64,000 bases of DNA from Octopus vulgaris (GCA_951406725.2 OX597824.1:80414001-80478000); one strand, 5' to 3'; positions 27,531 to 41,589 are shown, counted from the first letter of the stretch. The notes: generated by a model not told the origin, from the letters alone. Program-made: numbers and translations.

Positions 27531-28071
27531 GACTATGGTGCCATGCGAACGAGCCAGGCGCGGCACAAAGAACGGGCTATCGTAAAGAGTCACCTCAACA
27601 CAAACGCAAAAGTTATCAAATTAGAGTATATCGAACATTTATTATGCACACGGACACACAAACAAGCTCATATACATACATATATGTATGTACATACACA
27701 CACACATTTATATATATATACACGTATGTACATAATAGGTAGATTGATATAAATATATATATATATGCATACATTATATATATAAGTATATATATATATA
27801 TATATATCACTGTATGTATGTGTGTATATATATATATGTATATGTATATAAATATATATGTGTGTGTGTATGTATATATATGTGTGTCTGTGTGTGAATA
27901 TGTATATAGCTATAGATAGGTAGACTGATATAAATAAATATACATGCATACATTATATATATGCATGTGTATAGTGTGTGTATATACTCACACACACACA
28001 TGCACACACAGATATGTATATATAAATATCATATATATATATGTACGTATGTATACATGACTATTTGTATG

Positions 28072-28115
<44 letters not shown>

Positions 28116-28120
28116 ATATA

Positions 28121-28169
<49 letters not shown>

Positions 28170-29106
28170 CATATATGTGTGTGTGTGAATAAATCCCACT
28201 CATCCTTTATATTCACACACATATGTATGCATATATATATATATATATTTATATGTATATACATATGCATACAACTGTAATAAAATGATAAAAAAACAAC
28301 AGTAATAAATGAATAAAAATCATCCAAGATGGCTATCCTAGGGGGAAGAAAACCGAGTGAAAAACGAACGACGTTTGAATAAATAGCACAAAAAGCAGAT
28401 ATAAATAAATATATCTTTTTTAAAAAATAGCAATGAAAGATAGAAAGACATTGTAAAAGAGTAACGAAAATTAAAACAGCGGATATAAAAATGAAGAGCT
28501 CAGAAAATACGACACAAAAAAAAAAAAATAAAATGAAGAGAAAAAGAACAATGGAAGACGCGCACAAGAAACGAAATGATTTTGATAATGAAAGTGAAAA
28601 ATAAAAACGGGAGTTAATTCCTCCTGACAAGAAATACCAAAATATTTAATCACATCCTTCAGGCATCGTCGTCGAGAGAGAGACAATCAAAGTAAATTGT
28701 TAGGAAGAATTATAATTGTTTGCTAAATTGAAACAATAACATATTTCATTTGAATGACGCACAACCATGAATTTACGGCTTGTGTCATTGGTGGTGGTGG
28801 TGGCGGGAATGTTGTTCTGCTTTTGCTGGTGTTGTTGTTGTTGTTGGTGGTGGTGGTTGTTGTTATTGTTGTTGTTGTTGTTGTGGTGGTGGTGGTGCTG
28901 GTAGAGGTGTTGATGGTTTAGGTGGTGGTGTTATTCGTCGTTTATGCTCTTGTTTACTTTATATTCCGTATGCATGCATATATATATATATATATGTATG
29001 TATATATGTACATATATTATATATATATATATATGTATGTATATGTATATATATTGATGTATATACAAATATATAGTATATGTTTACTATACATACTATA
29101 TATATA

Positions 29107-29154
<48 letters not shown>

Positions 29155-29680
29155 AATATATATATATATGATATTTATACAAATATATACATATATATAT
29201 ATATATATACATATATACACACACATACACACACATAAATATATACATATATACACACAAACACACAAATAAATATATATACATACACACACATAGATAC
29301 GTCCACAGAATTTTTAAGACACCAGAACGTTTTGTCTCATCGTTCACAAGCAAACTGACCTCATTCTCTTTCTATCTCTCCCTATTCCCTATCACTCTCT
29401 TCGTAATTCTCTCCTGTCTCTCTCCTCGTCATCACACAGAGACACTTTCTCTATATCTCCTTCTTGATTTCTCTTTGCCTCGAAATCATATACGTTGGTA
29501 TCTATCTATCTCTCTATCTCTCTCTCTTTCTCTCTCTCTCTATCTACCTATCTATGTGCGAAATTAAAATAAAACGGCGACAATTTACCAATCGCGGCCT
29601 GTGTGCGTGTGTATATATATATATATATACATATACATATACATATACATATAATTACATTATATATATATATATATATT

Positions 29681-30081
29681 TCTCTTTTACTTGTTTCAGT
29701 CATTCGACTGCGGCCATGCTGGTGCACCGCCTTTAGTCGAGCAAATCGACCCTAGGACTTTATTCTTTGGAAGCCTAGTACTTATTCTATCGGTCACTTT
29801 TGCCGAACCGCTAAGTTACGGGGACGTAAACATACCAGCATCGGTTGACAAGCGATGTTGGGGAGGACAAACACAGACACACAAACACATACACACACAT
29901 ACATATATATACATACATATATACGACGGGCTTATTTCAGTTTCCGTCTACCAAATCCACTCACAAGGCTTTGGTCGGCCCGAGGCTATAGTAGAAGATT
30001 CTTGCCCAAGATGCCACGTAGTGGGAACGAACCCGGAACCATGTGGTTGGTAAGCAACCTACTTATCACACTGCCACTCCT
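29681..30081 (-). mobile_element. SINE family A, full length
   Basis: tRNA-like head at about 30010-30081, internal TA/CA tract and AGTAAAAGAG tail into (TA)n. Confidence 0.92.
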
Positions 30082-30245
30082 GTATAAAGATTGACCAGAA
30101 GCAGAATTAACTTTAAAACCCTAACCCTAACTACAGAAACGTTTTGAAATATTTGTCCGAATCCCGCATATTTAGAAAAAGAAAATTCTTTAAAAAAAAT
30201 TTACAAAGACTTTTTCAGAATCATAATGACCGTATTTTTCCTCAT

Positions 30246-30632
30246 GGAGGCGCAACGGCCCAGTGGTTAGGGCAGCGGACTCGCGGTCATAGGATCGCGG
30301 TTTCGATTCCCAGACCGGGCGTTGTGAGTGTTTATTGAGTGAAAACACCTAAAAGTTCCACGAGGCTCCGGCAGGGGATGGTGGTGATCCCTGCTGTACT
30401 CTTTCACCACAACTTTCTCTCACTATTTCTTCCTGTTTCTGTTGTACCTGTATTTCAAAGGGCCGGCCTTGTCACTCTCTGTGTCACGCTGAATATCCCC
30501 GAGAACTACGTTAAGGGTACACGTGTCTGTGGAGTGCTCAGCCACTTACACGTTAATTTCACGAGCAGGCTGTTCCGTTGATTCGGATCACCGGAACCCT
30601 CGTCGTCGTAACCGACGGAGTGCTTCCATTCC
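30246..30632 (+). mobile_element. SINE family B, tail B1, with 12-bp TSD
   Basis: TSD ATTTTTCCTCAT at 30234-30245 and 30633-30644. Confidence 0.97.
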
Positions 30633-31111
30633 ATTTTTCCTCATATTTTGAAAAAGAAAAATTCTGAAAAAGTTTAAAATGAAGGAAATGGGAGTGTGGG
30701 TTAGTAATTTATAAATGTCAATTTTTGCCAATTTCTTTTGCTGATTCGTATTCCTCGTAGCCGAAAAAGGGGGTTTGTGTCGAAAAAGGAAAAAAAATTT
30801 TTAAAGGGTGGTTCTTGAGGGGGGACAGACGGAAGTCTTGACAAAAATGTATTTATAAATACGTAAAAAATTGTATGCCCACGCCCCCAAAACACGCACA
30901 TACACATATATATATATATCACGTAATATCAGAGCAAATACGAGGTGGAGAATATGTCACTCAAACACAAAAGATACAATTAAATACTGGAGAGCATAGT
31001 GAAGCTGAAAAGAGACTTCAAAAACCCCGTTACGTCTGAAGATCGCTTACGTGAAACTATTTGTAATGTTATGTGAAGATTTCAGCTTCATCAAGACATT
31101 CACGCACACAC

Positions 31112-31152
<41 letters not shown>

Positions 31153-31227
31153 ACACACACACACACACACATGCAAACACATGCAAATACACACAAATAC
31201 AAACTTACATCAGGCATTCACATACAT

Positions 31228-31259
<32 letters not shown>

Positions 31260-31943
31260 TGTTTGTTCATTCACACAAATATATTCACATATGACTACAA
31301 CGTATCCACATACAAGCATTCATATGCGTACGTATACTTACATTCATACAGACATACTTAGACACACACGCGTATAAATATATATACACACATCCATTGA
31401 GACATGCGAACATACATACATACATAAATACTTATGCACACGTACATATTTTCATACATATACACACACACACACACATACATAAACATCCATACGTATA
31501 TACCGACATGCATGCATGCAGCTGTACATGTATACATAGTTATCAATCATCTTTTAATTTAGTCTAAGGAGGAGCAGTGCTCAGAGCATATATGCAAGCC
31601 TGCCTTCTTAAATTAGTGATGCGGTTGAGATGAATGTTCAACATCAGCACTTGCCGGTTGATGCCTGAAGGATATAGCGTCTTCATGAAGAGTTACAAGA
31701 AGCCGCAGTTCCGTACAGCAAGACTTAGAAGTGTAGAAGCGTCTGTGTGAAGAGCAGGCTTTCGTGGTACGTGTCGCAATCTTGTAGATAACAGTAGCAG
31801 AAGCTAGCATATGACGCTGCGCGCCGCATAATAGTCCAGGGAAATATAGGTATTTCTTGGAGGATCAGTTAGAATAAAGAAATGTAATTCGAAAGTAAAT
31901 CGGTTCAGAACATTATTCATTGTAAAAATAACAAAAAAAAAAG

Positions 31944-32250
31944 GTTAAGACCACCTTCGGTCATGAAATGGCCAAGGGGCTGCCCCTAGAATGTTCCCCC
32001 TTCCCCCGGGGTACAAGTCCAGGCAAGATTGCTTATGGAAGACCAGCAGTTCCCTATGCATACCAGCCTCCCCTCTTCACGCCACCGATATTACCCAAGG
32101 GTAAGGCGAAGGGGCCGATACAGATTGGCACCATTGACGTCGCAACTCATTTCTACAGCTGAGTGAACTGGAAATAAAGTGTCCTCTGCCCGACCCGAGA
32201 ATCGAACTCATGATTGTTAGTCAGACGCTATAACCAGCGAGCCATGTGCC
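31944..32250 (-). mobile_element. SINE family C2 (CORE-like middle, RTE-like body)
   Basis: Shares CAGTTCACTCAGCTGTAGAAATGAGTTGCGACGT with 47792-48003. Confidence 0.75.
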
Positions 32251-32707
32251 TTAGTTCCACCATGGCGTGTGATGTGGCATTTTAAACCAGACAATGTACT
32301 GAAAAGACACCTACACAGATTGCATTTCCGATTTGGCCCACCAAGAGCTGCAGTTAAGTTTTGATTTTTGGGAATCTGAAAATGCATATATATATATAAT
32401 GTAAAAGTAAAAAAATATACAAACTGGGACAAGAACGTGAAACATTTAGAAGACGACACAAAAAACACGGACGGGACTTTCGAAGCCCACAGTCATCAGT
32501 CAAGAACCGGATCATCTTCGCAATTTCGGCTGATTAATCTTGAGATTGCTCCGATCTGGGCAGCCCCAAGGGAAATCTAAGCCAAGCGCATTAGATTCCT
32601 TGGAAGAAAGCCTCGAAAGTATACAACACAGGGACAGAAAACAGACGATGTTACACGAATAAAAATACAAAAATACGTACAAACAATAATGATAGCACGA
32701 ATATATA

Positions 32708-33236
32708 TATAGGGTGTTCCTAAAAGATGTACTAACTCTTTAACAGACGATGTACGGGCCTACCTCGACGTAACAAATCCAAACAAATGGATTGGGAGGA
32801 GAGGTACCATTGCATTTTCTGCACGTTCCCCAGACATTAAGCCAATGGATTTTTTTTTTTATGGGGACATCTCAAAGATAAGGTTTACGCTGCAAAACCA
32901 GTGACAATTGATGATTTGAAAAATGAAATTCGAATACAATGTCTCGCAATTCCAAATGAAATGTTTGGCAATGTTGTCGAATCCATTGTGGGACGTTTAT
33001 CAGCTTTGTTTGGAAAATGAAGGAAGGCAGTTTGAACATTTGCGAACACGCAGGAATGAGAGAACATTAAATAATTCTAAATGGCAATAAATAATCGTTT
33101 CTACAGCAATTTATTTTCCTGAATTTAATTTAACTTTTTTAGGATTGTATGTATATCAATAAACATCTACTTGAACACAAAATGCATGAATACTGGGAAG
33201 TCAAAGAGTGAGTAAGTGTTTTTGGAACACCCTGTA
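32708..33236 (+). mobile_element. Tc1/mariner (rosa/maT-like) internal-deletion derivative
   Basis: TIRs TAGGGTGTTCCTAAAAGA and TGTTTTTGGAACACCCTG with TA flanks. Residual transposase C-terminus VRAYLD..KWIGRRG..ARSPDIKPMDFF-WGHLKDKVY...EGRQFEHL. Confidence 0.9.
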
Positions 33237-33459
33237 TATATATAAATAAATATATATATATATATATATACATATATATACACACATATATATATATACA
33301 TACAGATATACAAACATACATATATATACATTTATACTCTATAGTGTATGCAGAGAGATGGAGACGGAGAGAGAAGGAGAGAGAGGGAGGTAGGGAGAGA
33401 GAGAAAAAGAGAGAGAGGGAGACAGAGAAAGAGAGAGAGAGGGAGACAGAGGGAGACAG

Positions 33460-33530
<71 letters not shown>

Positions 33531-33974
33531 AGAATGAAACAAAAAGAAAGGCAGAGCTTTTTTGCAGTACTACTTATGAGAAATGCTATGAATTACAGTT
33601 AATCATTTTGCTCTCCCGCGATTAATCTCTCTTTCTGGTTTTCTGCCTCTCTCTCTCTCTCTCTCTCTTTTTTCCTCTTACTTCTCCCCACCCTCTCTCT
33701 CCCTGTTAATAAGAGGTAAATTAAACGCTGCACGTGAATTAGTAAACTAGTTCATCTCCGTTCGTCAGAGAATTCACTGTGGTTTAACCAGTTTAAATAT
33801 GTTTAGAAAACGTGTCCATGTAATTTTTTTCTTTTCCAGCCTATCTGCGAGTAATTAACCAATTAATTAATCTGCGACGCCAACATATCTAATGATATAT
33901 AGAAAATTATTAAAGCAGATCCGGTTGTCCATCTAATTTTTCAGAAGTAGCTGTAAACCGATACCTTTCTCTTG

Positions 33975-34024
<50 letters not shown>

Positions 34025-34079
34025 GTTTCCATCTGTCTGTCTGTTCACGCACCTCTCACAATCTTTTCCTTTCCGTCTC

Positions 34080-34251
34080 TAACCACCCTCCTCCTCCTCC
34101 TCCCTCTCTCTTTTCTCTCTCTCTCTCTTTCTGCCTGTCTTTCTGTCTTTCCATATCTCTCTCAATTTTCTCTTTCCGTTTTCCTGTCCTTCTATCCTTC
34201 TCCTCCCACTCTCTTTCTACCTCTCTGTCTCTGCTCTCTGCTCTCTCACTC

Positions 34252-34286
<35 letters not shown>

Positions 34287-34700
34287 ATCTACTTATCTAT
34301 CTATCTATCTGCCTGTCTATCTCTCGGTCTGTCTTTCCACAGTTCTCTCTATTTTCGTTATCTTTTTACTACCTGCTCTCTATCCTTCACCTTCGCTCTG
34401 TCCCTCTTTCTATCTCTCTGTCTCTGCTCCTCTCTCACTCTCTTTCTTTCTGCCTGTCTGGGATTCCACCTCTCTCTCTCTCTCTCTTTTCTCTCTTCTC
34501 TTTCCGTTAACTTGTTCCTCTATCTTCTACCCTCTCTCACTTTCTATCTCTCTATCTCTCCTCCTCTCTCCTCCTCTCTCACACTCTGTTTTTATGTCTG
34601 TTTCTCCATCTCTTTCTCAACCTCTCTCTATTTGTTTGTCTCTGTCTGTCTGTCTCTTTGTCTTTCTGTCTTTGTCTTTCACTGTCTCTCTTCCCTCCTC
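34080..34700. repeat. CT-rich polypyrimidine low-complexity tract
   Basis: Direct inspection. Confidence 0.9.
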
Positions 34701-34856
34701 TGTACACCGTGGACGCATCCTCAATGTTGTTGTTTGTCCTTTATTTCCAGACTATCCTCCATTAAGCACATTTATGATCAAAGTTCCAGCCTTGCCCATA
34801 CCATCTATTGTTCAGGACCACATGATCTAATATATCGTTCCCATTTTGAGATAGTA

Positions 34857-34955
34857 ATCTTTTATCTTTTACTTGTTTCAGTCATCAGGCTGCGGCCATG
34901 CTGGGGCACCGCCTTGAAGAAGTTTTAGTCGAATGTTTCGACCCAGTACTTATTT
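34857..34955 (-). mobile_element. SINE family A 3' fragment
   Basis: CTTTTACTTGTTTCAGTCAT..CTGCGGCCATGCTGG tail. Confidence 0.75.
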
Positions 34956-35149
34956 TATTATGAAACCAGATTTACGCTTGGTTGCTATTTGCTACATGTT
35001 GATCAACTGTATAACTGATCCTTCCTCGCTCGTGTGAGACGATTACTGTAACATTTATTGCTATTGTGGTCTTTTCTAATTTTGGTAGTGATGGTGATAG
35101 AATGGAACTTCAGAGCTTACGCGTATAAAAAGCGTCTTCTTGGCGCTAC

Positions 35150-36090
35150 CATAGGTGGTATCATACATTATCATGGAAGGCTTTCATAGGTGGTGTCACA
35201 TATTTTACAAGCTATCATGGATAACATTGTACAAGACGTCCAGAAGACATTTTACATGACGTCATAGAAAATATCGTAGCATGCGTCATAAAAGACATCA
35301 TAGGAAGAAAGACATCGTGTAATACATAAATAAACGGTATCATGCTTCATAAAACAAATCACGTATCATGCAAAAATCGTACGGACGTCACAGAAGAATT
35401 CGTACATGGCATCATAGAAAAAATCGTGCATGATATCATGGAAGATATCGAAAGCTACATCATAGAAAATAACATAGATGACAATGTAGGATACACAATA
35501 AAAGATAATACAGAAGACATCATACGTTGTAAAAATTTTTGTATATCATAGAAGACATCACACATGGTAGACAACATCGTACTTGACGTCAAAGAATAAA
35601 TCGCATATGACATCATAGAATATGAAATTATAAAAGACATCATGGGATACAGTACAGATGACAGTACAGAAGGAAATGCCGTACAGAAGACATCATACAT
35701 TGTAAAACAAATTGTACATTATAGACGACAACATACATGATAGAAAACATCGTACTTGACTCCGAAGAATAAATCGTAAATAACGTCATAGAATATGAAA
35801 TTATAAATTAATTATGTATTGTATAAATTATGTATTGTATCATAGGATACAATACAGACGACAGTACAGAAGATATGCATTATACAAGACATCCCACAGG
35901 GTGTCTTTGAAGATATTGCATGTAATGCCGCACAAAATATCTTAGAATACATCATAGACCACATCGTGCAAACATCAAAGGAAATGTCGTACAGACCATC
36001 ACGAAAGCCAATTACATCATAACATAAAACACATCTTCCACGACATCAGAGAAAACATCAGGGAAAACATCACACAAGAGAACAGAGAAA
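35150..36090. repeat. Degenerate GACATCATAGAA-based minisatellite with about 173-bp duplication
   Basis: Recurring (G/A)ACATCATAG motif; 35510-35633 aligns with 35683-35807. Confidence 0.75.
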
Positions 36091-36311
36091 ACAAGAAGTG
36101 TAAACTAATCGTGTTGTCCTTTGTTTTAACAACGAAAGACAATTGCTTGTTTATCTAGTTTACAGCGAAGTCAGCGAGGCACCACTTAAAATCGCTTCTT
36201 TCACTGGTTTGCCAACGTTAAACATTTGTTTTCTTCGCTTTCACAATATTCTTTTTTTTTTCTTCTATTTTCTCTTATATTTTGTCTTCTGTTTTGTTCT
36301 TCTTTTTAACG

Positions 36312-36592
36312 CCTCCTTCCTTCCTTCCTTCCTTCCTTCCTTTCTTCTTTCCTTCCTTCCCGCCTTCCTTCCTTCCTTTCTTCTCTCCTTCCTTCCTTCC
36401 TTCCTTCCTTCCTTCCTTCCTTCCTTCCTTCCTTCCTTTCTTCCTTCTTTCCTTCCTTTCTTCCTTCCTTTCTTCTTTCCTTCCTTCTTTCCTTCTTTTC
36501 CTTCCTTCCTTCCTTCCTTCCTTCCTTCCTTCCTTCCTTCCTTCCTTCCTTCCTCCCTCCCTCCCTCCCTTACTTCCTTCCTTCCTTCCTTC
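36312..36592. repeat. (CCTT)n microsatellite
   Basis: Direct inspection. Confidence 0.95.
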
Positions 36593-36747
36593 CTGTTGTT
36601 GCTGTTCTTCTTCTTTGTCGTCCCCTATATTTTCTGTTTTGCTGTTCTATCGAATCTGAGGATCCGCTGACCTAGTAACGACGACGACGACGACAACAAC
36701 AACAACAACAACAATAACAACAACAATAATGATAATAATCATAATAT

Positions 36748-37328
36748 TCTTTCCTACTCTAGGCACAAGACCCGAAATTTTTGGGGAGGGGTCAGTCTAT
36801 TAGATCGACCCCAGTACGCAACTGGTACTTAATTTATCGACCCTGAAATGGATGAAAGGCAAAGTCGACCTCGGCAGAATTTGAACTCAGAACGTAGCGA
36901 CACACGAAATAGGCATCTCTTTGTTACCCACAAGGGGCTACACACAGAGGACAAACAAGGACAGACAAACGGATTAAGTCGATTATATCGACCCCATTGC
37001 GTAACTGGTACTTATTTAATCGACCCCGAAAGGATGAAAGGCAAAATCGACCTCGGCGGAATTTGAACTCAGAACGTAACGGCAGACGAAATACCTATTT
37101 CTTTATTACCCACAAGGGGCTAAACATAGAGGGGACAAACAAGGACAGACATAGGTATTATGTCGATTACATCGACCCCAGTGCGTAACTGGTACTTAAT
37201 TTATCGACCCCGAAAGGATGAAAGGCAAAGTCGACCTAGGCGGAATTTGAACTCACAACGTAACGGCAGACGAAGTACCGCAAAGCATTTCGCCCGGTGT
37301 GCTAACGCTTCTGCTAGCTCGCCGCCTT
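36748..37328 (-). mobile_element. Nested SINE-D array: head + 2x(body, tail 2) + (body, tail 1)
   Basis: Units of about 182 bp with junctions at about 36913 and 37095/37096. Confidence 0.92.
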
Positions 37329-38387
37329 AGAATAATCATAATAATGATAATGATGACGACAGTGATGAATATATATTATATTCATCATATGCTATATGAT
37401 AATATATGATATATGATATGCTAATATATGATTAGCATGAATATATCGCAACACCCAACCATAATTAACATCTCGTATAATATGAATAACAGAATCAAAA
37501 GAATATCCAATACATGATGTATAAGAACAAAACCTGAAATTTTGTGGGGAGGGGCCAGTCGTTTTCATCGACCCCAGCGCTCGACTGGTACTTACTTTAG
37601 CAATCCTGAAAGTATGAAAAACAAAGTCAGTCTCGGCAGAATAACAATTATAATAATGATTTAAAATTTTGGCACAAGGACAGCTATTTCAGGGTTGGGG
37701 CTAAAGCGTTTACGTCGACTCCATTGTTCATCTGGTACTTATTTTATCGATCACAAAACGATTAAAAGTAAAGTTGACATCGCTGAATTAGAACTCGGAC
37801 ACTTGTGCTTCAAAAATTACTTTTGTCTGTTTTGTTCTTAAACTGATAGCAATATATTTTTTTATATTTTATCTTACTATGTTTTATATATGAGAAAAGG
37901 CGGTGATCACGGTCCCTCACAAGGTCTCCGAAGCTAATGAAAAGAAGGACGGTTGTCCTGTGACCAAAGTACGGAGCTGAATGCTTGTAAAACGGTAGGT
38001 TCCGCTCGAGGTATCCACGTTGCCGGTTTGTAATCTTAAACCGTATGATGGATCATATCTACCACTCATTTAATCTACGGTGGGATTTGAACTAAGAATG
38101 CAAAGAATCTGAAGAAAAACCTCAAGAAATTCTATGAGAACTTTTTTGTTTGTTTTTATATTTCGTTGTTCCATCGAAATAGGACTGGAATTTTTTATCG
38201 ACACATAAATGTGATTTCGGTGGTTTGAACCCAGTGCTCCGAGGGAATTCAGTTTAAACAAACGATATACTCCACACCATGTACAGATAGCACCCTACCT
38301 CTCACACTCCCTTTTTTTGCAGGTTCTATGTACATACATATGTTTGTGTGTGTGGATCTGTGTGTCTTTGTGTGTGTGTGTGTGTGT

Positions 38388-38424
<37 letters not shown>

Positions 38425-38504
38425 TGTGTGTGTGTATGCATACATCGAGTTTTATCACAATTTCCATCTACAGAAATCAGTCCATAAGGTATTGGTGAAC
38501 TTAA

Positions 38505-39397
38505 TCTACAACATATTTGGGAAATTCTGTTTGTGGGTGTGTTTGCGGAGTTGTTAGCTATCTCCGTTTACATCTTTATATTGCTTTTGATGAAACTTGA
38601 CTCGTGAGTAGAACGCATGGCTGGAAACCTCATGGCATACTCAGATTGTTGAAAACAATCGATAATAGGGCCTCTGGAAAGGATTCTTTTTTATATCTAA
38701 TATTTTTTTTATTTTAAAAAACAAGGGAAACAACCCATTCGTCCCTGGAAGGGATCCTTATATATAGGTTGGGAAATAATCCATTCATTTTCCTAAATTA
38801 TTTGGTATAAATCAAATTGAGTATGCTTATTTCTTAGTATTTGAACTGTTAATTATTTCCGCAATTTATCGAGTACAACACTTAAACAAATAAATAGTAT
38901 TTTCCTAAACAATCGATCCACATATTTCGGTTAGTGACTTATTCACAAATATACCAACACTAGAGCCGCTGAGGGTAATATTCTCTGGGAACGCACAAAA
39001 GCCCTTTTCAGAGTTATTTACTTTAAATTGTTATCTCATATCTGATTAGCCAGATATTACGTAACATGCTTCATGATTTTAGTGAACATACCTTATTAGT
39101 ATTTCCTCCTGTCCTGGGAATGCATTAAAGCTCTTTTCGGGCTACATTATTTGAATTCTTACTATCGGGTAACTAATTTCATGTTAATACATAACTGACT
39201 TCACAATTTGGGCATTCATAATTTATTGGGAATTCTTAAAAACAAGATCCTGTGTTCGGTATTCTCTGTAAATATACAAAAACCGTTTTAAGGGCTACAT
39301 ACTTTGTATTGTTGTTATTGGAACAGTGAAACAATTGTGAAAGCGGAACCAAGGGATAAGCCCAGCTTTCCCGGGAATTACCGGGTACGTCAGTAAG
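38505..39397 (+). mobile_element. Probable non-autonomous Helitron
   Basis: 5' A|TCTACAAC..., early TTTTGATGAAACTTG motif, and 3' hairpin CCCGG-GAATTA-CCGGG followed by a degenerate CTAG (GTAAGT). Confidence 0.5.
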
Positions 39398-39864
39398 TAG
39401 TATAATAGGACAAAAGACGCCTAAATGTCGTAAAATTGGGATATTACTACGTTTTTAATTAGGCAAAAAAAAAATAAAAAGGCATTTGGGCTTGTATTGA
39501 GTACTTGTTATTTAGTTCTGAAGCACAATCTTTTATCAACACACACACACACACTCAAATACACTCACACAAACACATACGCACACATATATATGCAGAG
39601 AGAGGGAGTGAAAGACAGGTAGATACAGACAGATAGATTGATACAAAGATGGATATATCTATGCATGCATAAATATGTGCGTGTGTGTAGAAAACGATAG
39701 TTTGGTAATCTCTAGATCATGGATTTTGAACTGGGGACGGTATGGAGTATGTAAGATTTTTAAATATCCACGGATGCAATATGTAGTAAACTGGGGATTC
39801 ATAGCTTTTTCCAGGGGCTTTCTGGGATTTTGGAACGTAACCGCGATAGTGGAAGGATTACTGT

Positions 39865-39926
<62 letters not shown>

Positions 39927-40175
39927 GTTTGTGTATATTTGTTTGTGTGTGTGTGTGTGTGTGTGTGTGAGTATGTGCCTCTGTGTGTGTGTATGATGTA
40001 TGTGTATGTGTTTATATATTAATGTATACTTCCCCACACCGACACACATGCGTTTATTTTCAAAGTTTTATAGTCAGGGGAACGGCGCTAGTTGTTGCTA
40101 TTAATTGCATTCGTTATATTATTGTTGTCGTCATTGCTGATGTTACTCCTTTGTTTTTATTGATATTATTCTTCA

Positions 40176-40227
<52 letters not shown>

Positions 40228-40711
40228 ATCATCGCTATCATTGTTGCTGTTGTTCTTCTTCCTGTAGCGATGGGATGGTCGCGGTGGCAGCGGGTGGCGG
40301 CAATGGTGTCTGGTCGGTCTGTATGTCTTCTCCCCATGTCTGACAGCTCTATTGCACTTCTACAGAGTCGGTGCCACGAAAACTGTTTCGTTATGACATG
40401 TGTGATACTATTGGCTGTAGGATACAGCTTGTCACTGGCGTTTTATTGAAATAGACGTGTCAAAAACCCCTAATAATCGCACCCTCTTTCTCCCTCCTAC
40501 CTATATAGATTTCTTTCTCTCTCTCTTTCACTACCCTAGTCTCTCGCATGCCCTTTTTTCCTACAGCACTTTGTTCCCTATCAATTCTCATATATCATTC
40601 CACCCCTTTCTTTGGTTGCTTTTCTTTCAACTTTGTCCCCATCGTTCTCCATCCCTCTCCTCCCTCAACCCTCTTTCTTACCCTTGTCAAAGATACATAT
40701 GTAAATATATA

Positions 40712-40745
<34 letters not shown>

Positions 40746-41320
40746 TCTGAAAACGCATGCATGCTCACACATACGAGCGCACAAACACACACGCACATAT
40801 ATATATACATATATACATACATATATATAGATACATACACAAACACACATATATACGCACACATGTATATATATATTAATAAATGAAATAAAACATATGC
40901 ATATATATAAACATATATGTACGTACCTACCTCTACATGTACATATACACGCATATATGAGTACAGTGTGGGACGTCGAACACATAGAGAAACGAAAACA
41001 TAGACACAAACCAAAGGAACTGGACATTTTTTTTTTAAACAAAAAAAAAAGTACGAGGACAATTAACACAAAGAAAAACCCTTCTTCAGTCGCTATGATT
41101 TCATCTACTCTACGTTTCGAATGATAAAAGCGAGACGTATCTTCGACAAGAAATTTTCCTTCCTGCGAAAAGCAAATCAATTAAAATTCTGAGATCTTTT
41201 CGCAGAGGGATAAAAAATGGTAAAAAAATGGTAAAAAAACAGGACAGTAACGACAGTACAAAAATATAAACAGTAACAGACAGGACAGTGAAAAACAAGA
41301 TAATACGGGCTGTTGACGCC

Positions 41321-41363
<43 letters not shown>

Positions 41364-41566
41364 TATGCATACACGCACACACGCACAGATACACAAACAC
41401 ACAAACACAAAGAAACACAAACATGCACGTAAGCCTATCATACAGACACATTAATCTTGTCCGAATCTCAAATACCACCAATACCACTGCAGTTTATAAC
41501 TTTTTCAACTGTGTCGAGAAAATGAGAGAAAACCCAATCCTGAAATAGTCTGTTGTATTTAGTTAT

Positions 41567-41589
41567 GCTGCTGCTGCTACTACTACTAT

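Noticed and set aside
30114-30131. AACCCTAACCCTAAC telomere-like repeat
   Set aside because: Only about 2.5 units; more likely part of a dispersed element and not an interstitial telomere.
30246-30320. tRNA-like sequences as true tRNA genes
   Set aside because: They are SINE heads followed by family bodies and TSDs, with no clean cloverleaf or terminator.
31030-31072. CUGAAGA...GAAA...GUA hammerhead-like string
   Set aside because: Stem II has only 2 bp and a mismatched closing pair; could be chance.
32470-32505. CUGAUGA...GAAA on the minus strand in a (TA)n-embedded repeat (32395-32700)
   Set aside because: No stem II pairing and no convincing stem I. It may be a PLE-related relic but is not supportable as a hammerhead.
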